Source of the DNA: an uncultured Holophagales bacterium
Lineage (GTDB): Bacteria; Acidobacteriota; Thermoanaerobaculia; Multivoradales; UBA5704
Length of the DNA stretch: 64,000 nt
Assembly: GCA_963842525.1 (NCBI GenBank)
Contig: CAWJGT010000009.1
Coordinates: forward strand, 320,001 to 384,000
Reading direction: 5' to 3'
How positions within the stretch are numbered: the first letter of the stretch is position 1; each line of letters opens with the position of its first letter. Under the pieces are notes generated by a model. That model ran no database searches and was not told the DNA's origin. It worked only from the letters and a program-made list of their open reading frames with translations. Of the stretch, positions 9,687 to 19,688 are shown piece after piece. The position numbers and the translations under genes were made by a program.

Positions 9687-10832
9687 CTAGACGGCGACCT
9701 GCTGCGGGTAGTCCTCCTCGGGATAGGAGGGCACGGGAGAGAGCGCGGCGAGCAAATCGCCATAGATGTCGAGATAGCCCTCGACCATGCGCTCGGGTGT
9801 CAGCTCCAGGGCGCGGGCACGGGCGCCGGACGCCAGCGACTGCCGGCGGTCGGGCTCTTCGATGAGGCGGAGGATCTCGCGCTCCAGGGCCTCGGTGTCG
9901 TCGGGCGGCACGAAGACCGCGCGGTTGCGCCAGGTTTCGCGCAGGCCGGGGATGTCGCCCAGCACGAGCGCGCAGCCGGCGAGGGCGGCTTCGAGGACCG
10001 ACAGGCCGAAAGGCTCGTAGCGGGCCGGCAGGACATAGATCGAGGAGCGGCCGAGCCAGGCGGCCAGCGCCCGTTGGGACAGGCGGCCGAGCAGGCGTGT
10101 GGTGTGCGGCCGGATCTCGCCGCCGTCCGGATGGTGGTTGTCACCGGCCACGTAGACCGGCCAGGGAAGGCGCGGGGCGACCTGTTCGACCGCCTCCAGG
10201 TTCTTGGCCTCGTCCCAGAGCCGGCCGGCCGTGAAGCACATCTTCTCCTTGGCCGTGGGGCGGAAGAGGCACGGGTCGCTCCCGTTCGGGATGACCCGGG
10301 TGTGGGGGAGCACGCCGTAGTGACGCGCCAGATCGGCGAACATGGCCGCCGACGGCGCCACCACCACGTCCGCCGCGGCAAGCCCGGCCGTGACTTCCAC
10401 GCGATAGCGGTCCCAGGCCTCGGGCGCGGGCTCCTTCTTGACCGCCTGCCACCAGGACAGCATGCAGGAGTGCCCGACGACCACGGTGGGCGCGCTCCAG
10501 GGGAGCGACCCGTGTACGTAGCTGTTCAGGTGGACGACGTCCGGGCTGATCCGGCTCTCCAGGTTGAGCAGCCATTCGCCGGCTTTCTCTATATCGCGCC
10601 AGGGGTCCTCCATCCACTCCAGCTTGTGGTGACTCTCGAAGACGCGAAGGCCGGGGATGCGGTCGACCTTGTCGCGCTGAAGCTCGTCGATCGGGGCGCC
10701 CATGGTGGCCAGGGCCACCTCGACGCCGCGCTCGCCGAGCCCGCGCGCCAGCTCCAGGGAGTAGGTCCAGACACCGCCGACCGTGTCCGTCGTCATCAGG
10801 ATCTTGCGGGGCAGGAAGCAGGAGTCAGTCAT
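9687..10832 (-). CDS. Glycosyltransferase family 4
   Basis: MTTDTVGGVWTY, AGRLWDEAKN, YEPFGLSVLEAA. Confidence 0.92.
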   Translation of the reverse strand: MTDSCFLPRKILMTTDTVGGVWTYSLELARGLGERGVEVALATMGAPIDELQRDKVDRIPGLRVFESHHKLEWMEDPWRDIEKAGEWLLNLESRISPDVVHLNSYVHGSLPWSAPTVVVGHSCMLSWWQAVKKEPAPEAWDRYRVEVTAGLAAADVVVAPSAAMFADLARHYGVLPHTRVIPNGSDPCLFRPTAKEKMCFTAGRLWDEAKNLEAVEQVAPRLPWPVYVAGDNHHPDGGEIRPHTTRLLGRLSQRALAAWLGRSSIYVLPARYEPFGLSVLEAALAGCALVLGDIPGLRETWRNRAVFVPPDDTEALEREILRLIEEPDRRQSLASGARARALELTPERMVEGYLDIYGDLLAALSPVPSYPEEDYPQQVAV

Positions 10833-11012
10833 GCCGTCTAGGCCTCCAATCCGAGCACTGTTGGCGGGGAAAGCCATCCAAGAAACGTGCCCGTCACCTC
10901 CTTCTACGAATCAGGCCTCGCGACCGCCTCGCGCTCCCTTGTGAGCCCCGAGGAATCCCACGAGCTGGTTGTAAAGCTTGCCGGCTTCAGCCCGCACATT
11001 TACACGTGGGGC

Positions 11013-12756
11013 CTACCGCGCGATCGCCGTCACCAGCTCGACATAGGGCAGGGCATTGAGGATGTGCCGCGGCTCGAGCCAGGCGCGGCGGGCCTGCTCG
11101 ATGCCGTAGCGGACCAGGTCGAGCTCGCGGGTGCGGTGCGAGTCGGTATTGATGGCCACCTTGCAGCCGAGCTCGCGGGCGAGCATCAGGTGGGAGTCCT
11201 TGAGGTCGAGCCGGTGCGGGCTGCAGTTCAGCTCGACCGTGACCCCCAACTCGGCGGCGCGGCGCAGGACGCGGTCCATGTCCAGCTCCACCGGCTTGCG
11301 GCGGTTGATGATCCGTGCAGTGGGATGGCAGAAGATATTGACCTCCGGGTGCTCGAGCGCGCGCAGCACCCGCGCGGTCTGCTGGTCCTGGGGCAGGTCG
11401 AACCGCGAGTGGAGGGAAACCAGGACGATGTCGAGGCCGGCCAGCATCTCGTCCTCCAGGTCGAGCGAGCCGTCGGCCAGGATGTCCACCTCCATGGAGC
11501 GGAGGATGCGGATCTCCGGGTGGCGGGCGCGGATTCCCTCGATTTCTTTCCACTGCTCGCGCAGCCGCCGGGCGTCGAGCCCGTTGGTCATCGCCAGGGC
11601 CTTGCTGTGGTCCGAGATCACCATGTACTCGTAGCCGCGGGCGGCGCAGGCCTCGACCATCTCCTCGATGCTGTTGCGGCCGTCCGACCAGGTGGAATGC
11701 ATGTGGAGATCGCCGCGCAGGTCCTCCTGGCGAATCAACTGCGGGAGGCGGCCCTGCGCCGCGGCTTCGATCTCGCCCCGGTCCTCGCGCATCTCGGGAG
11801 GGATCCAGGAGAGCCCGACCGCGGCATAGACATCCGCCTCCTCGCGGCCTGCGACCCTCTCACCTTCCCCCTCTCCCGACCGAGGGGGAGAGGGCACCCG
11901 GAAGACGCCGTATTCGGAGATCCGCAGGCCCTGCTCGACCGCACGGCGCCGGAGCTTGACGTTGTGCTCCTTCGAGCCGGTGAAGTAGACGAGGGCGGCG
12001 CCGTAGCACTCCGGCGGCACGGCCCGCAGGTCGACCTGGAGGCCCGAGCCGAGCACGACCGTGGCGCGGGTGTCGCCGGCCATCAGGACCTTGTCGATCT
12101 GGGCATAGCGCAGGAAGTGCTCCATGACCATGGCCGGTTTCGCGGCGATCGCCAGGAGGTCGATGTCGCCGACCGTCTCTCGGCGCCGGCGGTAGCTGCC
12201 GGCGACCTCCAGGCGCTCGACCTCGGGGAGCGAGCGGAGCCAGTCGACCAGCGGCTCCACCCAGCGGTCGGCGTCGGAAAGCAGCATGCGGCTGCTGTGC
12301 TGGCGGTGGTCTGCGATCCCGTCGAGGATCTTCTGCTGTGTCTTCGCGCCGAAGCCGGGGACCGAGGCGATGCGGCCGGCCTTCGCGGCCACCTCCAGCT
12401 CCTCGACCGAGCAGATCTGGAAGCTCGTCCCAAAGCTTTTTGGCTTTCTTGGGGCCGACGGCGGGCACGCGCATCAGCTCCAGGAGGGAGCGCGGCACCT
12501 CGTCGAGCAGCCGGTCGCGATAGCCGAGGGTGCCGGTCTCGACCATCTCCCGGATACGGCCCGCCATCTCCTTGCCGATGCCCGGCAGGTCGGTCAGGGA
12601 CCGGCCCTCTTCGAGCATCCGCTGGAGCGGCGTGGTCTGCACCTCGACCGTCCGCGCCGCGTTGCGGTAGGCACGGATACGGAATGTGTTCTCGTTCTGG
12701 ATCTCGAGGACGTCGGCCACCTCCTCGAGCACGCGGGCGATCTCGACGTTGTTCAT
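11013..12756 (-). CDS. polX: DNA polymerase X / PHP 3'-5' exonuclease (frameshift near 12420)
   Basis: MNNVEIARVLEEVAD...FRIRAYRNAA, AGSYRRRRETVGDID, YFTGSKEHN, DLHMHSTWSDG. Confidence 0.95.
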
Positions 12757-12828
12757 GGGGCGGAGTCTATCCGGAGCGGATTTGGGTATGATGTGAGCTT
12801 CAGAAAACGGGGAGGAGAGGCTCCGACC

Positions 12829-13281
12829 ATGGATCTGTGCATTCTGCGGCGAGGTTTCGGTCTGCTGGTGCTCGTGCTGCTGGCCTTCGGCTGCGGCGGG
12901 GACGGCGACCGCGACTCGCCGACCGAGCCGGCGCCTTCGGCGGACAGCCTGGCGCTCGTTTCCATCGAGCCGCGGGAAGGCACCGTGCTCCGTGTGAACC
13001 AGCGGGTGGAGGTCCGGACACGGCTGCGCTATGGGCTGGCTTCGCAGCCGCGCGGGGAGGTCAATGCGTTGGCCTTCAGCCCCGACGCCCTGGTGCCGAT
13101 CTTCACCTCGCCGCTCCTGCCGACCGCGAACGTCTCGCGCGGGAGCGGCGAGGTGGGCCTGAGCTTCTCCTTCACAGTCCCGCCAGGCGCTAAGACCGTG
13201 CTCGTCACGTACGGCCTTTTCCCGGACGGGACCACCTCCTCGGACAAGGGAGTCGACATCCTCTATCCGGTCGACGGCTAG
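12829..13281 (+). CDS. Hypothetical lipoprotein
   Basis: Hydrophobic signal with lipobox-like LAFGC; RBS GGAGGAG. Confidence 0.65.
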   Translation: MDLCILRRGFGLLVLVLLAFGCGGDGDRDSPTEPAPSADSLALVSIEPREGTVLRVNQRVEVRTRLRYGLASQPRGEVNALAFSPDALVPIFTSPLLPTANVSRGSGEVGLSFSFTVPPGAKTVLVTYGLFPDGTTSSDKGVDILYPVDG

Positions 13282-14384
13282 CCGGGCTGGACCTTCTTTC
13301 CGTTCTTCCCGTACGCCCCCGCCTGGCCGCGGATCTCGTTGTTCTCCACCGCGGCTTCGTCGGCCAGCCGGGTGAGGGCCGAGGGGACCCAGCGGCTCGC
13401 CTGCTGCCAGCCGGGCCGCGCCTCGCGGCCGTCGTCGCCATCCGCTCCGTCCGCTGGCGAGGGGAGGAAGCGGTTCACCAGCGCGAGGGTGCGGGCCGTC
13501 AGGCCGGGCATCAGCGCCGCCGCGGCGACGGCGAGGCGGGCCTGCGGGGTGATGACCAGGTGCGGCTCGCCGTAGCGGCAGGCCTCGATGATGCGGCGGG
13601 CGGCCCGCCGGCCGCTGATCGAGGTCACCGGCAGGGCGTCGGAGAGGGCGAACCAGGCGAACTCCTTGCGCCGCCGCCCCTTGAACAGGGCGTTCACGTG
13701 AGAGCCCGTACGCATCAGCCCGGGGCAGACCGTGGTGACGTACACCCCATCCTTCGCCAGCTCCGCCTGAAGAGCGTTCGACAGGCCCACCTCGGCGAAC
13801 TTGCTGGCGCTGTAGGGCGCCATGTGGGGGATCGCGATCTTGCCGCCGACCGAGGCGATGTTCACGATCCGTCCGCTTCTCTCGCGCCGGAGCCACGGCA
13901 GGGCTGCACGGATGAGATAAAGAGGCCCCCAGAAGTGGATCTTGAGGGCGTCTTCGTAGTCCTCGAGCGTCATGTGCTCGATCGGCCCCACCTGGACGAC
14001 GCCGGCGTTGTTGATGAGGACGTCGAGGCGGCCGAAGCGTTCCGCCGTCGCTCCGACCGCCCATTCGGCCTCCCTCTGCTCCCGGATGTCGCAGGGGAGC
14101 GCCAGCACCCGGTGATGGCTCACCGCGGTCAGCTCGCGGCGGGCGAGATCGAGCTCGTCCGGATCGCGGGCGAGGATCGCGAGGCGGGCTCCCTGGAGGG
14201 CCAGCTCGCGGGCCATCAGCAGGCCGAGGCCGCGCGAGCCGCCGGTGATCAGCGCCACGCGGTCCTTGAAGTCGAGGGGCGGCCGCCGCCGGATCGCCCG
14301 CGCGGCGGCCAGGAGGCCCACTCCCACCGCTCCGGCGGCCAGCCAGGGGACCGCCGGTGGAAGGTGGCTCCGTTCCCTCCTCAT
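13278..14384 (-). CDS. SDR-family oxidoreductase
   Basis: TGGSRGLG, NNAG, YSASK. Confidence 0.93.
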   Translation of the reverse strand: MRRERSHLPPAVPWLAAGAVGVGLLAAARAIRRRPPLDFKDRVALITGGSRGLGLLMARELALQGARLAILARDPDELDLARRELTAVSHHRVLALPCDIREQREAEWAVGATAERFGRLDVLINNAGVVQVGPIEHMTLEDYEDALKIHFWGPLYLIRAALPWLRRERSGRIVNIASVGGKIAIPHMAPYSASKFAEVGLSNALQAELAKDGVYVTTVCPGLMRTGSHVNALFKGRRRKEFAWFALSDALPVTSISGRRAARRIIEACRYGEPHLVITPQARLAVAAAALMPGLTARTLALVNRFLPSPADGADGDDGREARPGWQQASRWVPSALTRLADEAAVENNEIRGQAGAYGKNGKKVQPG

Positions 14385-14515
14385 ACGTGCCGCTCCCGGC
14401 CGTTGCCGCGGTGATGCCCGTTGTGGCCGTTCCCGTGATGGCGGGAATGCCCGTTGGAGGTCCTGGGGTCGAGCACGGCGACTTCGTTACGGCCGTTCCA
14501 GCAGACTGCGTTCAT
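14381..14515 (-). pseudogene. 44-aa ORF, probable deletion remnant of a Zn-dependent alcohol/formaldehyde dehydrogenase with a His/Gly/Asn-rich tail
   Basis: MNAVCWNGRNEVAVLDPRTSNGHSRHHGNGHNGHHRGNGRERHV; RBS GGGAG; ATGA overlap with the SDR start. Confidence 0.5.
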
Positions 14516-14533
14516 GACGACATCTCCCGCGGC

Positions 14534-15241
14534 TCAAAAGGGGTCGTGCAGGTTGTGAGGTTGTCCGTCGGTGGTCGGGACCTCTCCGGCCTCCATGAGG
14601 TTCTTGAAGCGGTGCAGGTCCTCGTGGGCCTGCTGGCTGGTGATGGGGGAGAGGACCCGGCCGAGGACCCGACCGAGGCCGTTGCCCGCAGGGCCGATGT
14701 CCATCTGGACCCGCACGACAGTGCCCCGGCCGTCCGGGGCGTCCTCGAAGAGCACGGTGCCCGCGTTCTGCACCTGAGAGTCCGGGAGGGAGCGCCAGGA
14801 GAGGAGCTGTCCCGGCTGCTCCTCGACGATCTCCGCCTCCCACTCCACGAGCCGGCCGACCGGGGACCTGGCAGTCCAGCGGGAGACGCCGTCGCCGAGG
14901 TCCTCGACCGATTCGAGGTGGTCCATGAACCGCGGCAGGTTTTCGAGCCGGCGCCAGAAGTCGTAGAGCTCCTGGCGCTGCCGGTAGATGGTGACGCTGG
15001 CCTCGATCTCGGCGGGAACCGCCTCCTCGGCGCGCCGGGCGAGGGCCTGCGGCACAGGCCAGTGCCCGGTGGCGCCGCGCCAGACCAGCGGCGCTCCTGC
15101 CAGGGCCAGGGGGATCGACCGCCAGGAGCGTTGCCTGGCGGCGTATGCGATCAGCGTCGCGCCGCCGATGAAGGTGGCCAGGCGTTCGGTCTGTTGGCGG
15201 GGCGTGCTGTGAGATGGATTCAGCGCTGTATCTTCTCGCAC
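14534..15241 (-). CDS. SRPBCC (polyketide cyclase-like) family protein
   Basis: ELYDFWRRLENLPRFMDHLESV, WEAEIVEEQPGQLLSWRS, DLHRFKNLMEAGEVPTTDGQP; RBS GGAGGT before GTG. Confidence 0.9.
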   Translation of the reverse strand: MREDTALNPSHSTPRQQTERLATFIGGATLIAYAARQRSWRSIPLALAGAPLVWRGATGHWPVPQALARRAEEAVPAEIEASVTIYRQRQELYDFWRRLENLPRFMDHLESVEDLGDGVSRWTARSPVGRLVEWEAEIVEEQPGQLLSWRSLPDSQVQNAGTVLFEDAPDGRGTVVRVQMDIGPAGNGLGRVLGRVLSPITSQQAHEDLHRFKNLMEAGEVPTTDGQPHNLHDPF

Positions 15242-15332
15242 GATGGGGACCTCCGGTGTGAAAGAATGACGGGACGGAACCTCCTTGCAGGGCAAGAGGA
15301 GCGCGGATCGAATCCGCAGATCTTGAACGGCC

Positions 15333-15347
15333 GCAAGAGACGTGCCA
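15333..15347 (-). promoter_or_regulatory. sigma-54 -24/-12 promoter of the SRPBCC-SDR operon
   Basis: TGGCAC-GTCTC-TTGC on the minus strand. Confidence 0.65.
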
Positions 15348-15369
15348 CGGAGGGGAAGGGAGCGCAACG

Positions 15370-15867
15370 ATGAAGAGCCGGCCTCGCGCTGGAGTCAGTC
15401 TTCTGGCGGGAGTCTTTCTAGCCCTTGCAGCCCATCCAAGCACCGCCCAGAAGGAGACGCGCATGGGATCTCGTGCCACCGGAACGTTCGAAGTCAAGAT
15501 GGCCCCGCAGGCGCTGCACGACAATGCCGGGGACGCGACCCTCGGCAGGATGTCGCTCGACAAGCAGTTCCACGGAGATCTCGAAGCGACCAGCAAGGGC
15601 GAGATGCTGACCGCCGGCACCGCCGTCAAGGGTTCGGCCGGTTACGTCGCGATCGAGCGGGTCAGCGGGAAGCTGCACGGCCGCAGCGGCACCTTCGTGC
15701 TCCAGCACAGCGGCACCATGACCCGCGGCGAGCCACACCTGACGATCACCGTCGTGCCGGACTCCGGCACCGGCCAACTGGCGGGACTTGCGGGCAAGAT
15801 GATGATCATCGTCGCCGACGGCAAGCATTCGTACGACTTCGAGTACACGCTCGCCGAAGCCCCCTGA
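15370..15867 (+). CDS. DUF3224-domain protein
   Basis: GSAGYVAIERVSGKLHGRSGTFVLQH, VVPDSGTGQLAGLAG. Confidence 0.9.
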   Translation: MKSRPRAGVSLLAGVFLALAAHPSTAQKETRMGSRATGTFEVKMAPQALHDNAGDATLGRMSLDKQFHGDLEATSKGEMLTAGTAVKGSAGYVAIERVSGKLHGRSGTFVLQHSGTMTRGEPHLTITVVPDSGTGQLAGLAGKMMIIVADGKHSYDFEYTLAEAP

Positions 15868-15901
15868 TAGGATTGCGTCGGACTCCCCGAGGGAGACATG
15901 C

Positions 15902-18073
15902 ATGCATATCCTTCGCGCTGCCGGCGTGCGCCGGCTTCTCTGGATCATCCTGCCGGTCGCCCTGACCGCCGCTTCGTCCTGCCGTCCGTCTCCCGAGCGC
16001 ACGGTCTGCCAGGGGCCGGCGGTGCCGCTCCCCCAGGTCTGCGGGGCGAAGCTGCGCGACCCCGAGATCAGTTGCGCCGTGCCGGCCGATGTGGAGGGCG
16101 GGCTGCGGCAGGCCAACTTCAACGTCCGCCAGCGGGCCTCGGACCTCTTCTCCTGGCAGGTCTTCATCGCCCTCGATTGGCCGGCCCGCCGCGGCGAGCG
16201 CGGTGTGCCCGATCCGGCGGCGCCGATCACCGCGCCCGGTCCGCGCGTCTGGGAGACCTGGAAGGAGACGTCGGAGGTCTTCCGCGAGAAGGACGGCCTG
16301 CCGGTGGCGCCCGAGCCGTGGGATGCGCCCGTGCCGCCCATGCCGGCTGCCTGCAACGGCGCGGGGAAGCTCCTCCTCCGTGACGAAAAGGTGGACGACG
16401 AGCTCGACGCGGTCGTCCAGCCGACCTACGCCACTGGCAGCCTGCCCGGTACCCTCACCGACCAGGCCCGCCACCGCGTGCGCTACGAGATCCGCATGAA
16501 CCGGACGGCGTTCGAGTACATCGTCGACCGCCATCTGTGGGACGGCAAGGCCCAGGCCAACGTCACCGAGGTGAATTTTCCCGCGGGGTCCCAGATCGCC
16601 AAGGCCGCATGGCGGGAGGTCACGGACAAGGATGCCGGCCGCTTCCAGGCCATCGAGGCCTGTGTCTGCGAGGAAGACCCCCAGGGCAAGCCCACCGGCT
16701 GCCGCCGGCAGCGGATGGGGCTCGTGGGCTTCCATCTGATGAGCAAGACGCCCAGCGCGCCGCAGTGGGTCTGGTCGACCTTCGAGCAGGTGGACAACGT
16801 CGCCGGTGTCCACCCGTCGTTCCGGAATCCGCAGTGTCCGGATTGCCCGGAGAACCGGCAACTGCCGGCCGGCCTGCCCAACCAGGTCTCGCGCGTCATC
16901 CCGATCCCGTCCCACGACCCGGACTGCAGCCGTCCCGACCAGGCCGTGGACAACATCGCGCAGCTCAACCGGGACATGCAGGCCGCCCTGCGTGGGACCG
17001 GATCGGTGCTCCAGCACTACGAGCTGGTGTCGACCCAGTGGCCCGATGTGACGGCGCCGGCCGTCCAGGGGCAGCCGCCCACGGTCTTCGAGGCCATCCC
17101 CGCCCTGCTCGGCAACACCACGCTGGAGACCTACATCCAGGACACCTCGAGCTGCATGGGCTGCCATGCCGTGGCGGGGACCGACCGCACCCCCGATTGG
17201 GTGTCCGCTAACTTCACCTTCACCCTGAACGACGCGTGGCCCAACCCGAACACGACGCCGACCAACCTGGAGCCGGACCAGGTGCCGCGCACGGAACGCA
17301 AGATCGCCCCGCCGAAGCGGCCGGAGACGGACTGGGACCGGGAGCATTGGGATGCCATCACCGCCGGATACCAGATCGCGCTCCGGACCTATGAGCTGAT
17401 GCCCGCCCATGTCGGCTCGAAGCTCCACTGCTCGAGCTGCCATCTGGGAGCCGGCCGCGATCCGGATGCCGCCTGGTGGGTCGGCATGCTGAAGAAGTAC
17501 AAAGGCCTGGAGGGCCTCTACAACCGGATCAACCAGTGTTTCGAGCGCAGCGAGAACGGCAGCGCGATCTGCACCACCACGAGCGGGGGTTCCGGCCCAC
17601 CCTGCGCCGACAGCAAGCCGATGCAGGCCCTCGTCACCTATATGGAGTGGCTGGACGAGCAGTGGCAGCGCACAAATCCTGGCGTTGCTCCGCCGAACGG
17701 CTACCCCTGCCTGCCGGGCCCGGCGCGGCCGGTCAGCGCCGAGCGCGGGGCCTCGATCTACACGCAGAAGTGCGCCTTCTGCCACAACGCCCAGGGGCAG
17801 GGGCGCTACGAAGGCGGCATCTATTACCGGCCGGCGGTCTGGGGACCTGAGTCCTACAACGCCGATGCCGGCCTGGGGACCAACCTCACCTACCTGGCGG
17901 AATTCATCCACGCCAACATGCCGTACGGCAACGGCGGAGCGCTGACCGCGCAGGAAGCCTGGGACGTGGCCTATTTCATCGACCAGCAGGACCGTCCCGG
18001 CAAGACCAGCAGCACCGGGCAGCCCCCGAATCCGCCGGTGGTCTGTCCCTCGGGCTCCGCTGGACAGCCTTGA
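15902..18073 (+). CDS. Exported triheme c-type cytochrome with a C-terminal TsdA-like diheme domain
   Basis: CMGCH, CSSCH, CAFCH; RINQCFERSENG and HANMPYG TsdA-like motifs; N-terminal signal. Confidence 0.8.
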   Translation: MHILRAAGVRRLLWIILPVALTAASSCRPSPERTVCQGPAVPLPQVCGAKLRDPEISCAVPADVEGGLRQANFNVRQRASDLFSWQVFIALDWPARRGERGVPDPAAPITAPGPRVWETWKETSEVFREKDGLPVAPEPWDAPVPPMPAACNGAGKLLLRDEKVDDELDAVVQPTYATGSLPGTLTDQARHRVRYEIRMNRTAFEYIVDRHLWDGKAQANVTEVNFPAGSQIAKAAWREVTDKDAGRFQAIEACVCEEDPQGKPTGCRRQRMGLVGFHLMSKTPSAPQWVWSTFEQVDNVAGVHPSFRNPQCPDCPENRQLPAGLPNQVSRVIPIPSHDPDCSRPDQAVDNIAQLNRDMQAALRGTGSVLQHYELVSTQWPDVTAPAVQGQPPTVFEAIPALLGNTTLETYIQDTSSCMGCHAVAGTDRTPDWVSANFTFTLNDAWPNPNTTPTNLEPDQVPRTERKIAPPKRPETDWDREHWDAITAGYQIALRTYELMPAHVGSKLHCSSCHLGAGRDPDAAWWVGMLKKYKGLEGLYNRINQCFERSENGSAICTTTSGGSGPPCADSKPMQALVTYMEWLDEQWQRTNPGVAPPNGYPCLPGPARPVSAERGASIYTQKCAFCHNAQGQGRYEGGIYYRPAVWGPESYNADAGLGTNLTYLAEFIHANMPYGNGGALTAQEAWDVAYFIDQQDRPGKTSSTGQPPNPPVVCPSGSAGQP

Positions 18074-18079
18074 GTCCCC

Positions 18080-19666
18080 TCAGGGCGAGCCGTGGGGCTG
18101 GTGCGGGATCGCGGGCAGCTTCGCCAGCACGCCGTAGCGGTAGCCTTTGGCGAGCCGGACGGCAATGTCCTCGCGCTCCAACCCGGAGACATCGAGCAGG
18201 TTCGGCTCCTGGCTCTCGGGCTCCGCATTGACGAGATAGCGGAGCTCGTACCCTGCCTTGCCATAGGCCTTGCGCCGGATCCCGTATTCGAGGTTCAGGA
18301 AGTCGTCGCGCACCCAGGCGGCGATGAGGTCGGGGCGGCGCGCCAGCACGTAGGCGGCGTCGTGCTTGCTGTGGCCGACCACCAGCCGTCCGGGGGCCGG
18401 TTCCAAGTGGGCGATGTGGGCGTCGGTCAGCCCGAGCATGTCGATCGTGCGCAGCCCGGAAACATAGGGCACCTTGCCGGCCGCATCGATCGCCAGGGTC
18501 GCTCCGGGGTGGGCACGGGCGAGGAACCGGCCGAGCAGCACCCACCGGTCGTAGTGCTCGGAGCGGTAGTGGAAGCGTTCGTCGGTCATCTGCGCGAGTT
18601 GGACGAGAGCTACAGCGGCGGCGATCGCGGCCAGGGTCCGTACCGATACCTCCTTCGGCGCCAGAGCGAGGAGGACAAAGGCACCCATCGGGAAGAGCGC
18701 GAGCAGGAAGCGGTCGTGGAAGACGTCGCCTCCCACGTAGACCCAGTAGCCGATCCAGGCCAGGGAGAAGAGCAGGGAGAAGGGGAGCCGGCCCGCCTCG
18801 CCGCGGACCCATCTGCGGAGCAGCCACAGCAGGGCGACGACGTGGAGCCAGAGGCCGGTGTCGAAGAGGACGATCGAGAGCTGTTTCAGGCCGGCCCCGA
18901 TGCGCGCGAGCGGCGGCCCCGCGACCTTGGCGTAGTAGGTGTTCGGCAGCGGCCAGCCGTAGTAGGAGAGACGCCAGGCGATGACGGCGGCCAGGGTCGC
19001 TCCGGACACCGCGGCCACCGCCAGGGCCGCCTGCCGCCGGCCGCGCAGGACGAGGAACAGAACGGCCAGGGAGGGCGTGAGGAAGCCGTCCGCGCGGGCC
19101 AGCACCGAGAGGACCGACAGTCCGGCGAGGAGTCCGGCCTGCCGCCCGCCGCCGTCCCGGGCCACGCGCTCGGCGGCGATCCAGATCCCCACCTGGAGGC
19201 AGAGGACCAGCGGCGTCTCCAGACCGGAGGCGACCGCCACCCAGAGCGAAGGACAGAGGGCGAAGAGCAGGGCAGCGAGGCCGGCGCGCGGTCCGCCCAG
19301 GCGCTCCCGGGCGAATCCGAAGAGCTGGAGGAGGGCTATTGCCGCAAACAGGAGGTTGAGCCCCACCGAAACGGCGAAGACGCGGTCCGGTCCGCCGAAC
19401 CGGATCGCGGGCGCCATCAGCAGCACGTAGAGAAGGTTGCTGTATCCCTCGACCCGCTCGCCCGGGTTGAAGACCAGACCGTGCCCGTCGATCAGGTTAC
19501 GGGCATAACGGTACGAGATATAAGCGTCGTCGGTTCCCTCGGCATGCCCGGAGAGGTCGGTGCTGGAGTAGCCCCGGGCCGCCTGGACGAGGCAGCCGAA
19601 GGCCAGCAGGACCAGGGCCGCCGCGAGGAGGCCGCGGCCCCCGCGGTCCGGGTGGGGAGCATCCAT
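18080..19666 (-). CDS. Multi-pass membrane GT-C glycosyltransferase (AftB-like)
   Basis: DDAYISYRYARNL...NPGERVEGYSN, GLETPL, LPNTYYAK, DMLGLTD. Confidence 0.8.
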   Translation of the reverse strand: MDAPHPDRGGRGLLAAALVLLAFGCLVQAARGYSSTDLSGHAEGTDDAYISYRYARNLIDGHGLVFNPGERVEGYSNLLYVLLMAPAIRFGGPDRVFAVSVGLNLLFAAIALLQLFGFARERLGGPRAGLAALLFALCPSLWVAVASGLETPLVLCLQVGIWIAAERVARDGGGRQAGLLAGLSVLSVLARADGFLTPSLAVLFLVLRGRRQAALAVAAVSGATLAAVIAWRLSYYGWPLPNTYYAKVAGPPLARIGAGLKQLSIVLFDTGLWLHVVALLWLLRRWVRGEAGRLPFSLLFSLAWIGYWVYVGGDVFHDRFLLALFPMGAFVLLALAPKEVSVRTLAAIAAAVALVQLAQMTDERFHYRSEHYDRWVLLGRFLARAHPGATLAIDAAGKVPYVSGLRTIDMLGLTDAHIAHLEPAPGRLVVGHSKHDAAYVLARRPDLIAAWVRDDFLNLEYGIRRKAYGKAGYELRYLVNAEPESQEPNLLDVSGLEREDIAVRLAKGYRYGVLAKLPAIPHQPHGSP

Positions 19667-19688
19667 GCGTCGACGGAGCCTTGCGCCG

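Noticed and set aside
10887-12791. Long antisense ORFs (also 15806-17911, 22870-25017, 32155-34194, 35814-38243, 53663-56137)
   Set aside because: Shadow frames of real high-GC genes on the opposite strand, with no motifs of their own.
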